Of a stretch of DNA of 64,000 nucleotides, positions 17,169 through 25,407 are shown in pieces. The first letter of the stretch is position 1; each line of letters opens with the position of its first letter. The position numbers and the translations under genes were made by a program. Origin of the DNA: Candidatus Methylomirabilota bacterium (GTDB lineage Bacteria; Methylomirabilota; Methylomirabilia; Rokubacteriales; CSP1-6); assembly GCA_036397135.1 (NCBI GenBank), contig DASWJN010000069.1, positions 1,500 to 65,499 on the forward strand, written 5' to 3'. The notes under the pieces are model-generated. The model was not told the origin of the DNA and ran no database searches. It worked only from the letters and a program-made list of their open reading frames with translations.

Positions 17169-18593
17169 ATGACCGTCCCCCTGCGGTTGAGCGAGGGCGA
17201 CGCCCGGACGTTGCTCTTGATCCAGGCCATCGATGACACGGACCAGGAGGGCGTGCTGCTGCCACCGCGGACGCGTGCCGCGGCGACCCGTCGCGCGTTC
17301 GACGATCTGTCGCGGCCCACCGACGACCTCGCGCGGCTGAGCAAACGCGCATCCCTCCTGCAGGACGACCTGCTGCGTGAGGCACCGGCCCTCAGGCGTG
17401 TGCTGCACCCACCACGGTTGCGAGGGGCCTTCGTCCTCGCGACGATCGCGGTGGCCGCGGTCGCCGGCGCGTCGACGAACGTCTTCGGCCCCGAGCGTCA
17501 CGTGAGCGTGCTGGCCTTTCCACTTGCCGGCATCCTCGCGTGGAACCTCGCCGTCTACGCCGCCCTCGTCGCCCGGGCGGTCGCCCGCACGGTGGCACGC
17601 TCGCGGGGGACGGGCCCGACGCGCAGTCGTCTTGCGCTCCTGGGGCGGTGGCTGGAAGGCGCGTGGCTGTCAGGCCTCGCGCGCCGGCTGGGCGCGAGCG
17701 CGCGATCGGTCGCGGTGACCGAGGCCGTCCGGCGATTCCAGCAGCTGTGGCTCCCGACGGCCGCGCCGCTGGTCGCGGCGCGCGCGCGGACCGTGCTCCA
17801 CCTCGCCGCGCTCGCGATGGCGCTGGGCGCGGCCGTCGGGATGTACGTGTCGGGCATCGCCTTCGAGTACCGCGCGACCTGGGAGAGCACCTGGCTGGAT
17901 GCCCCGGCGGTGCAGCGATATCTCGACGTGGCGCTCGGGCCGGCGGCGCGCGTGCTGGGCATGCCGGTTCCGGACGTTGCTCCCCTGCGCGGCCCCGCCG
18001 GCGAGGGGAGCGCGGCGCCCTGGATCCACCTCTGGGGGACGACCCTGGGCGTCTTCGTCCTGATCCCGCGGGCGGCGCTGGCCCTCCTCGACGCCCTGAC
18101 CGCCGCGCGTCTCTCGCGGCGGTTGCCGGTCCACGTCGACGCCGGTTACGTCCGGCGCGCGCTCCACAGCGGTCGTGGGGCGGCGACGCTCGTGGAGATC
18201 GTCTACTACAGCTGCCGTCCGGACACGGGTCTGCGCGAGCGGCTGCACACGACGCTCCAGGAGGAGGTCGGCGCGCGCGCCGTGATCCGCGATGGCGCGC
18301 ACCTGGACTACGGCGACGGACCCGAACGCGTCGCGGTGCCCGACGACACGTCGCGCTCGGGCCTGATCGTGCCGGTGTTCACCCTGGCCCAGACCCCGGA
18401 GCCCGAGGTGCATGGCGAGTTCGTGGAGCGCCTGCGGGACCGCCTCGACCGGGCGGGCGTCCGGATGCTGGTGGTCCTCGAGACGGCGACGTACCGGCAG
18501 CGCGTCGGCTCGGAGGACCGCGTGCGCGAGCGGCGGGCGACGTGGGATCGCCTGCTGCGCGATCTGCAACTGATCGCGATCGACCTCGCGTAG
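17169..18593 (+). CDS. DUF2868 domain-containing membrane protein
   Basis: 474 aa. An N-terminal soluble region, then several TM helices (FVLATIAVAAVAGA, LAFPLAGILAWNLAVYAAL, LHLAALAMALGAAVGMYV, LWGTTLGVFVLIP). It pairs with the downstream GTPase. Confidence 0.65.
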   Translation: MTVPLRLSEGDARTLLLIQAIDDTDQEGVLLPPRTRAAATRRAFDDLSRPTDDLARLSKRASLLQDDLLREAPALRRVLHPPRLRGAFVLATIAVAAVAGASTNVFGPERHVSVLAFPLAGILAWNLAVYAALVARAVARTVARSRGTGPTRSRLALLGRWLEGAWLSGLARRLGASARSVAVTEAVRRFQQLWLPTAAPLVAARARTVLHLAALAMALGAAVGMYVSGIAFEYRATWESTWLDAPAVQRYLDVALGPAARVLGMPVPDVAPLRGPAGEGSAAPWIHLWGTTLGVFVLIPRAALALLDALTAARLSRRLPVHVDAGYVRRALHSGRGAATLVEIVYYSCRPDTGLRERLHTTLQEEVGARAVIRDGAHLDYGDGPERVAVPDDTSRSGLIVPVFTLAQTPEPEVHGEFVERLRDRLDRAGVRMLVVLETATYRQRVGSEDRVRERRATWDRLLRDLQLIAIDLA

Positions 18594-18596
18594 CCC

Positions 18597-20066
18597 GTGA
18601 CGACGGTGACGCTCAGCCTCATCTCGCACACCAACGCCGGCAAGACGACGCTCGCCCGCACGCTGCTGCGCCGCGACGTCGGCGAGGTGCGAGACGAGCC
18701 CCACGTGACGACGGTCGCGGAGGCGCACGTGCTGATCGAGACCGACGCCGCCCGCCTCCTGCTCTGGGACACGCCGGGCTTCGGGGACACCGTGCGGCTG
18801 ATGACGCGTCTCCGCCACGAGGGCGACCCGATCGGCTGGGTCCTGCACCAGGCGTGGGACCGGGTGCTCAACCGCCCCCTCTGGTGCAGCCAGGAAGCGG
18901 TGCGCAACGTCCGGGACGAGGCGGACGTCGTCCTCTATCTGGTGAACGCGACCGAGGATCCCGAGGCGGCCGGGTACACGAAGCACGAACTCGAGCTGCT
19001 GTCGTGGATGAACCGTCCCGTCCTGGTCGTCCTGAACCAGGTCGGGGCGGAGAACGCCCGCCGAACGGTGGAGCACTGGCGCAGTCACCTCGCGTCGTTC
19101 GAGATCGTCCGCGGGGTGCTCTCGCTCGACGCGTTCAGCCGCGCGTGGGTGGAAGAGAGCCTCGTGCTCGAACGCGTGGTGGGCCTGCTCGACGGCGAGA
19201 AGCGGAACGCGATGGTCGGCCTCCTGCGGGCCTGGAACGACCGGAACCTGCGCATCTTCGACGCTTCGATCGAGGCGATCGCGCAGTATCTCGCGGGGAT
19301 CGGGGTCGACCGCGAGCCCATCGGGTCAGCGTCGAGCGCGGGAGCCTCCTGGATGGGCGAGCGACTCGCCGATCTTCGCGCGCTGTCCCGCGTCGACCGC
19401 GAGCGTGCCATGGGCGCCCTGTTCGACCGGGTGCAGGCGGCCACCCGACGGCTGATGGATCGGCTGATCGAGCTGCATCAGCTCTCGGGCGCGAGCCGGG
19501 CCCAGGTCGAGCGCCGCCTCGAGGACGCCACGGTCCAGGGCCACGCGGCGATCAATCCGACGACGGGAGCGATCGCCGGGGGGGCCGTCAGCGGCCTGCT
19601 GGCCGGCCTCGGCGCCGACGTCCTGGCGGGAGGGCTCTCGCTCGGCGGCGGCGCCATCGTAGGGGCGATGCTCGGCGCGCTCGGAGGCTACGCGTTCGGG
19701 GGCGCCTACAAGCTCGCCACGGGCGGTGAATCGGGCATCCAGTTCCAGCCGGCCGCGCTGGACCGTCTCGCGCGCGAGGCCGTGATGCGCTATCTCCTGG
19801 TCGCCCATCATGGCCGCGGTCGCGGCGACTACGCCGACCTCGAGTATCCGGCGCACTGGGCGGCCGACGTCGACGCCGAGGTCGCGCGGCGGCGCGACGC
19901 GTTGCACGCGGCCTGGCGCCAGGCCGCGCGAGGCGGCAGTGGATCAGCCCCGGTGGTGGCCGACCGCCTCCGGCTTGTGCTGCGCGAGATCATACGCGAC
20001 GTGCTCCGGCGGCGGTTCCCCGCCGCGGCGGTCCTGTCCGACGATCACGCCGAGCTCGCCCCCTGA
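18597..20066 (+). CDS. DUF3482 domain-containing GTPase
   Basis: GTG 18597. P-loop LISHTNAGKTTL, switch II DTPGFGD and NQVG (NKxD-like). A C-terminal Gly-rich hydrophobic segment GAIAGGAVSGLLAGLGADVLAGG. Confidence 0.7.
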   Translation: MTTVTLSLISHTNAGKTTLARTLLRRDVGEVRDEPHVTTVAEAHVLIETDAARLLLWDTPGFGDTVRLMTRLRHEGDPIGWVLHQAWDRVLNRPLWCSQEAVRNVRDEADVVLYLVNATEDPEAAGYTKHELELLSWMNRPVLVVLNQVGAENARRTVEHWRSHLASFEIVRGVLSLDAFSRAWVEESLVLERVVGLLDGEKRNAMVGLLRAWNDRNLRIFDASIEAIAQYLAGIGVDREPIGSASSAGASWMGERLADLRALSRVDRERAMGALFDRVQAATRRLMDRLIELHQLSGASRAQVERRLEDATVQGHAAINPTTGAIAGGAVSGLLAGLGADVLAGGLSLGGGAIVGAMLGALGGYAFGGAYKLATGGESGIQFQPAALDRLAREAVMRYLLVAHHGRGRGDYADLEYPAHWAADVDAEVARRRDALHAAWRQAARGGSGSAPVVADRLRLVLREIIRDVLRRRFPAAAVLSDDHAELAP

Positions 20067-20104
20067 CTCACCGGCTCACCACGTCACGCACGGCACGGCC
20101 GCTC

Positions 20105-21982
20105 TCATCGGGCCTCGGTGGCCTCGACGAGCAGCTCGGCCAGGCGGCGGCTGAACCCGGCGGGGTCGGGCAGCGTGCCCCCCTCGGCGAGGATGGCCTG
20201 GCCGTGGAGCAGCTCGGCGTAGCGCTTGAGGCGCTCGTCGCCGGGGTGCGCGGCGTGGAACGCCTGCAGGCGCGTCACCAGCGGGTGCGCGGGGTTCAGC
20301 TCGAGCACGCGCTTGACCTTCGGCACCTCCTGGCCGCTGCGGCGGAGCATCTCCTCGAGGTGCGGGCTGAGGTCGCCGGTCTCGCCGACCAGGCAGGCGG
20401 GTGACGAGGTCAGGCGGCCCGACAGCCGCACGTCGCGGACGTCGTCCTGCAGCGCCGCCCGCAGGGCCAGCAGCAGATCCTTGAGGCGCTCGCCCGTCTC
20501 CTCGCGCGCCGTCTCCTCCTGCTTCTGCTCCGCCTCGGTGCCGAGCTCGACGGCGCCGCTGGCCACCGAGACGAGCTTCTTGCCCTCGACCTCGCGCGGC
20601 AGGCGCAGCCAGAGCTCGTCGATCGGGTCGAGGAAGAAGAGCACCTCGTAGCCGCGCGCGCGGAAGGCCTCCAGATGGGGCGAGCGCTCGGCGGTCTCGC
20701 GGGCGGGGGCCGTCACGTAATAGATGGCGGGCTGCGCCTCCTTCATGCGGCTGACGTAGTCGCCGAGCGAGGTGGGCGTGGGCCCGTCGGTCGACGGCGC
20801 CAGGACCAGCTCCAGGAGCTTGTCGTGGCCCTCCTCGAAGGCCACGAGCCCCTCCTTCAGCACCGCGCCGAACTCGGTCCAGAACGTCCGGTACTTCTCC
20901 GGCCGCTGCTCCTTCATCTCCTTGAGAGCGCCCAGGATCCGGCGCACGAGGTGCTTCCGGATCGCCTGGACCTGGCGGTCCTTCTGGAGGATCTCGCGCG
21001 AGACGTTCAGCGAGAGGTCGTCGGAGGACACGACGCCGCGCACGAAGCGCAGGTGGGCGGGCAGGAGGTCCCGCCAGTCGTCCATGATGAAGACGCGCTT
21101 GACGTAGAGCGACAGCCCGCGGTGGCCGCCATCACGGTGGTGGAGGTCGAAGGGCGCCTTCGCGGGGATGTAGAGCAGGGCGCGCGCCTCGAGCCCCCCT
21201 TCCATGTGCACGCTCAGGTGCTCGAGGGGGTCGTTCCAGTCGTGGCTGATGTGCTTGTAGAACTCCCGGTGCTCGGCCTCGGTGACCTCGTCCTTGCCCC
21301 GCGCCCAGATCGCCTTCATCGAGTTGAGCGTCTCGCCCTTGAGGCGGATGGGGTAGGAGACGAAGTCGGAGTAGCGCTTGACGATGTCCTTCAGCACCCG
21401 CTCCTGGGTGTAGTCCTGGAGCCCGTCCTCCTCGTCCTTCGGCTTGAGGTGCAGGGTGACGGTGGTCCCGGCGCCCGGCCGGTCGGCCGGGCCGAGCGTG
21501 TAGCCGCCGGCGCCGGTGGATTCCCAGCGCGTGGCCTCCTCCGTGCCCGCCCGTCGCGTGACGACCGTGATGTGGTCGGCCACCATGAAGCTCGAGTAGA
21601 AGCCGACCCCGAACTGCCCGATCAGCTCGGGGGCGGCGGCGGCCTGGGCCTCGCGGACGGCCCGGAGGAACTCGCGGGTGCCGGAGCGCGCGATCGTGCC
21701 GAGGTTCTCGACGACCTCCTCCCGGCTCATGCCGATGCCGTTGTCGCGCACGGCCAGGGTGCGGGCCTCCGGGTCGACCTCCAGCGCGATCTCCAGCTCC
21801 CCGATCGGCGCCAGCTCCGGCCGGCTCACCGCCTCGAAGCGGACCTTGTCGAGAGCGTCGGAGGCGTTGGAGACCAGCTCGCGCAGGAAGATGTCCTTGT
21901 GCGAGTAGAGGGAGTGGATCATGAGGTCCAGCAGCTCGCGGACCTCCGTCTGGAACTCGTGGCGCTCGGCCTGGTCGCTCAT
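20105..21982 (-). CDS. htpG: molecular chaperone HtpG (Hsp90)
   Basis: MSDQAERHEFQTEVRELLDLMIHSLYSHKDIFLRELVSNASDALDKVRF..., the canonical HATPase N-domain through the C-terminal dimerisation domain. The ATG overlaps the upstream amidase stop (ATGA). Confidence 0.95.
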   Translation of the reverse strand: MSDQAERHEFQTEVRELLDLMIHSLYSHKDIFLRELVSNASDALDKVRFEAVSRPELAPIGELEIALEVDPEARTLAVRDNGIGMSREEVVENLGTIARSGTREFLRAVREAQAAAAPELIGQFGVGFYSSFMVADHITVVTRRAGTEEATRWESTGAGGYTLGPADRPGAGTTVTLHLKPKDEEDGLQDYTQERVLKDIVKRYSDFVSYPIRLKGETLNSMKAIWARGKDEVTEAEHREFYKHISHDWNDPLEHLSVHMEGGLEARALLYIPAKAPFDLHHRDGGHRGLSLYVKRVFIMDDWRDLLPAHLRFVRGVVSSDDLSLNVSREILQKDRQVQAIRKHLVRRILGALKEMKEQRPEKYRTFWTEFGAVLKEGLVAFEEGHDKLLELVLAPSTDGPTPTSLGDYVSRMKEAQPAIYYVTAPARETAERSPHLEAFRARGYEVLFFLDPIDELWLRLPREVEGKKLVSVASGAVELGTEAEQKQEETAREETGERLKDLLLALRAALQDDVRDVRLSGRLTSSPACLVGETGDLSPHLEEMLRRSGQEVPKVKRVLELNPAHPLVTRLQAFHAAHPGDERLKRYAELLHGQAILAEGGTLPDPAGFSRRLAELLVEATEAR

Positions 21983-23643
21983 ACCGGGACTCCTGCCGTC
22001 CTCCCTGTGGATGGTGGAAAGCTGAAGACGTTCGCGGGTTCGTGGTGGAGGGCGTGGTCGCGGCGGAGGCGTTGCACCATGCCCAGCGCGAACGGCGCTC
22101 CTTCCAGGAGCTGGGCCAGCATCAGCTCGTCGAGCATCAGGCCCGCGCGCCGGGCGGCCTTCGTGCACAGATCGCGCGTCTCCGCGTCGACATGATCGAC
22201 GCGCTCCGACAGCACGGGCGGCGGCGTGACGGGCGGTGCCGTGGCGCCGCGCCCGAGCGGCGGCCGGCGCCCGTGCCACTCGGTGGCCCGCTCGTAGGCG
22301 TGGCCGATGCGGAGGATCGTGGGCTCGTCGAACGGCCGGCCGACGATCTGCATGCCGAGCGGCAGGCCGTTGCGCCCGACGCCGTTGGGGAGCGCGAGCA
22401 CCGGCTGGCCGGTGACGTTCCAGGCGGTGAGCAGGCTCGGCTTCTGCCAGAACGAGACGCTGCGGTAGTCGGCCAGCCGCGGCGCCTCGCCCAGGCCCGC
22501 GGTGACGAACGCGTCGAACCTGGAATAGAGCGGCTCCATCTCCACCATCATCCGGCGATGCTCACGCGTGGCCTGCACGTAGTCGCCGGCCGTGAACAGC
22601 ACGGACGGCAGCACGCGCGCGCGGAAGTCGGCGCCGAAGTCCTTGGGCCGCGCGATGAGATTCTTCTCGTGGACGCTGAAGATCTCGCTCTCGGCGATGA
22701 TGATCTTGACGTCGAAGTAACTCGCCAGTGGCCGCACGCGGCACTCCTCCAGCTCGGCCCCCAGCCGGCGCAGGACGTCGAGCGCGGCGTCCATGGCCCG
22801 GCGCACGTCCTCGGAGGCCGGGATGTCCTCCTCCCAGTGGTGCCGCAGCACGCCGATCCTGAGGCCACGCAGGTCCTCGCCGAGGGCGTCGCGATACGAC
22901 GGGATCGGCCGCCGCAGGCTTCCCGCGTCCCGGGGGTCGTAGCCGGCCAGCGCCTGCAGCACGAGCGCGCAGTCCTCGACGGTCCGCGCCAGCGGCCCGC
23001 AGTGGTCGAACGTGTACGAGTTGGTGATGACACCCGCCCGGCTCACCAGGCCGGACGTCGGCACGAGGCCGACGACGCCGCAATGCGACGCGGGACCGCG
23101 GATCGATCCGCCGGTGTCGGAGCCGAGCGCCACCGGGACCAGGCCGGCCGCCAGGGCGGCTCCTGACCCGCTCGACGAGCCTCCGGTGAAGTGGGCGAGG
23201 TTCCACGGGTTGCGCGCCGGAGGCCAGGGCAGATCGAACGAGGGGCCCGCGTGCGCCATCTCGTGCGTGGCCAGCTTGCCGAGCAGCACCGCGCCGGCCT
23301 CGTAGAGCTTGCGCGTCGCGGTGGCGTCCTCCGCGGGAACCCGGTCGATGAAGACGCGCGAGTGGCCGGAGGTGAGAATGCCCTTCGTGTCGTAGATGTC
23401 CTTGAGCGCGAACGGGATCCCGTGCAGGGCGCCCCGGTACTTGCCGGCCGCGATCTCGGCCTCGGCCTCCCTGGCCTGCCGCCGGGCCAGGTCGAACGTG
23501 GGCGTGATGAAGGCGTGCGTCTGCGCACCGTCCTGCTCGGCGCGCCGGATCAGCACGTCGACCAGCTCCACGGGCGAGAGCCGCCGCGCGGAGATCAAGC
23601 CGGCCAGGTCGACGATCGACAGGTCGTGGAGTTCAGCGGTCAT
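21979..23643 (-). CDS. amidase signature family enzyme (GatA-like) with ~80-aa C-terminal GatC/AtzG-like extension
   Basis: ATG (RC 23641-23643) encoding MTAELHDLSIVDLAGLISARRLSPVELVDV..., GGSSSGSGAALAAG and FALKD. The ORF continues in-frame, without a stop, through ...RVDHVDAETRDLCTKAARRAGLMLDELMLAQLLEGAPFALGMVQRLRRDHALHHEPANVF to the TGA at 21979-21981. Confidence 0.8.
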   Translation of the reverse strand: MTAELHDLSIVDLAGLISARRLSPVELVDVLIRRAEQDGAQTHAFITPTFDLARRQAREAEAEIAAGKYRGALHGIPFALKDIYDTKGILTSGHSRVFIDRVPAEDATATRKLYEAGAVLLGKLATHEMAHAGPSFDLPWPPARNPWNLAHFTGGSSSGSGAALAAGLVPVALGSDTGGSIRGPASHCGVVGLVPTSGLVSRAGVITNSYTFDHCGPLARTVEDCALVLQALAGYDPRDAGSLRRPIPSYRDALGEDLRGLRIGVLRHHWEEDIPASEDVRRAMDAALDVLRRLGAELEECRVRPLASYFDVKIIIAESEIFSVHEKNLIARPKDFGADFRARVLPSVLFTAGDYVQATREHRRMMVEMEPLYSRFDAFVTAGLGEAPRLADYRSVSFWQKPSLLTAWNVTGQPVLALPNGVGRNGLPLGMQIVGRPFDEPTILRIGHAYERATEWHGRRPPLGRGATAPPVTPPPVLSERVDHVDAETRDLCTKAARRAGLMLDELMLAQLLEGAPFALGMVQRLRRDHALHHEPANVFSFPPSTGRTAGVPV

Positions 23644-23660
23644 CGAACATCGATCGTCCT

Positions 23661-25367
23661 TCAGCCACCGGGCGCCGTCAAGCCGTGGCCGCCCGCCGGG
23701 TCGGCCATCGGCCCCGCCGGAGCGCCCCCGACCAGGGTGAGCTCGACGGTGAGGTGCTCCAGCCGCTCCTCGGGGCAGGTGAGCGGGTCCTCCGAGAGGA
23801 CGGCGAGGTCGGCCAGCTTGCCGACCTCGATCGAGCCCAGCCGGTCCTCGGCCCACGTCAACCGGTGGCCGGTCTGGACGGAGAGCCGCAGCGCCTCCTC
23901 GCGCGTCAGCCGGCTGTCGCCCAGGCGCCTCTTGCCGTCGCCGTCCCACCGCGCGAGCGCCTCCCACAGCGTCCACGTCATCGCGGGGGGGACGCCGTCG
24001 GTGCCGAGCGCCACCGGGATGCCGGCGTCGAGCATCTCGCGGAGCGGGATCGCGGCGGGCCCCACGGCGTCGAGGCCATAGCGGTCGCCCGCCATGTAGA
24101 GAAAGCCGGGCGTCGCGGTGACGATGACGCCGAGCGCCTTCATCCGCCGCAGCTGCGCCGGCGTCGCCTGGTTCACGTGGATGAGCACCCAGCGCCGGTC
24201 GCGGATCGGGACCTCCCGGTCGACCGTCTCGAACGCGGCCAGCGCGTACTCGAGGTCGCGGCTGACGATGGTCCCCACCCGTAGGCCAAGGCGCGCGGCT
24301 TCCAGGGCCAGCCGCGTGAACCGCGCGGGCGCCATCGCGGGATTGTAGTGGCCGGCCCACTGCTCGTACGGATAGCCGCCGGCCACGATCTCCGCCACCC
24401 GCTCGTCGCCGGCGCCGCCGAGCGTGAGCCCTTCCACGCGGAACGTGTCGTCGCCCAGGCCCCGGCCGCCGGCGACGGCCGCCCACTGGCGCATGAGGTC
24501 GACGATGTGGGCGTCGTCGAAGGCCGAGGTGGGCAGGCTCACCGGCGCGTGCAGGCGGAGCGGCAGGCCCTCGCGCTCGTGCACCTCGCGGTAGGCGCGC
24601 AGCAGCGCCGGCGTCAGCCCGTGGCCCTCCCAGCCGGCGGTGGTGCCGGCGGCGCGGTAGCGCCGCGTGCCGGCCCGCACGCTCTCGACCCGGTCGGCGG
24701 CGGTGAACCGCGGCAGGCAGCGGAACAGCGTGTACTCGAGCACGGGCACGAAACTGCGCTCGAGGAAGACGCCGGTGGGCTCGCCGCGGCCGTCACGGAG
24801 AATCTCGACGCCGGGCGGGGCCGGCGTGTCGCGCGTGACGCCGGCCAGCCGGAGCGCCGCCGTGCCGGCGACCGAGGGGAACGGCCGGCGGCTCCACCAG
24901 CCCCACACGGCGCGGACGTAGACGGGGTGGCCGGGCGCGGCCGCGTCGAGGTCGTGCCGGGTCGGAAAGCGACCCTCGCGGAGCTGATCCGGCCGGCTGA
25001 CGTAGTCGTGCGGCGGCGAGCCCATCGGCATGAGCACGATCCACTCGCCGGGCCTCGTCGTCGCCGCCGCCTCGCGCACGACGTCGACGATCTCCGCCAC
25101 GGAGGTGAGACCGGCGATGGGGATCCCGCCCCGCGTCTTCAAGCCCTCGCGGTCGACGTGGGGATGCGCGTCGAAGAACCCGGGAACGACCGCCCGGGCT
25201 GAGAGATCGAGGGTGCGCGTGGCCGGCGAGGCATCGCACAGGAGCGCCGCGGAGTCGCCGACCGCGACGATGCGCCCGCCGCGGACCGCAACCGCCTCCG
25301 CGAGGCGGGAGCCCGCGTCGAGCGTGATGACCTTGCCTCCGTGCAGGATGAGGTCGGGCGCCGGCAA
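23661..25367 (-). CDS. amidohydrolase family protein (Amidohydro_3, N-acyl-D-amino-acid deacylase-like)
   Basis: 568 aa. FFDAHPHVD (HxH metal site) and GTDGVP. Confidence 0.8.
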   Translation of the reverse strand: MPAPDLILHGGKVITLDAGSRLAEAVAVRGGRIVAVGDSAALLCDASPATRTLDLSARAVVPGFFDAHPHVDREGLKTRGGIPIAGLTSVAEIVDVVREAAATTRPGEWIVLMPMGSPPHDYVSRPDQLREGRFPTRHDLDAAAPGHPVYVRAVWGWWSRRPFPSVAGTAALRLAGVTRDTPAPPGVEILRDGRGEPTGVFLERSFVPVLEYTLFRCLPRFTAADRVESVRAGTRRYRAAGTTAGWEGHGLTPALLRAYREVHEREGLPLRLHAPVSLPTSAFDDAHIVDLMRQWAAVAGGRGLGDDTFRVEGLTLGGAGDERVAEIVAGGYPYEQWAGHYNPAMAPARFTRLALEAARLGLRVGTIVSRDLEYALAAFETVDREVPIRDRRWVLIHVNQATPAQLRRMKALGVIVTATPGFLYMAGDRYGLDAVGPAAIPLREMLDAGIPVALGTDGVPPAMTWTLWEALARWDGDGKRRLGDSRLTREEALRLSVQTGHRLTWAEDRLGSIEVGKLADLAVLSEDPLTCPEERLEHLTVELTLVGGAPAGPMADPAGGHGLTAPGG

Positions 25368-25407
25368 GGGGCTTACGGGCCGCGTCGGAGGCGATCGTCC
25401 TCCTGCA

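Noticed and set aside
17540-19729. 729-aa plus-strand ORF and 472-aa minus-strand ORF overlapping the DUF2868/GTPase genes
   Set aside because: They are alternative or antisense frames with RGRP-rich low-complexity sequence and no recognisable motifs.
21979-24486. 835-aa ORF suggesting a giant amidase, or an amidase-HtpG fusion
   Set aside because: The upstream 281 codons are antisense to the amidohydrolase gene, and the real start is ATG 23643. An in-frame TGA at 21979-21981 separates the amidase from htpG, which has its own ATG.
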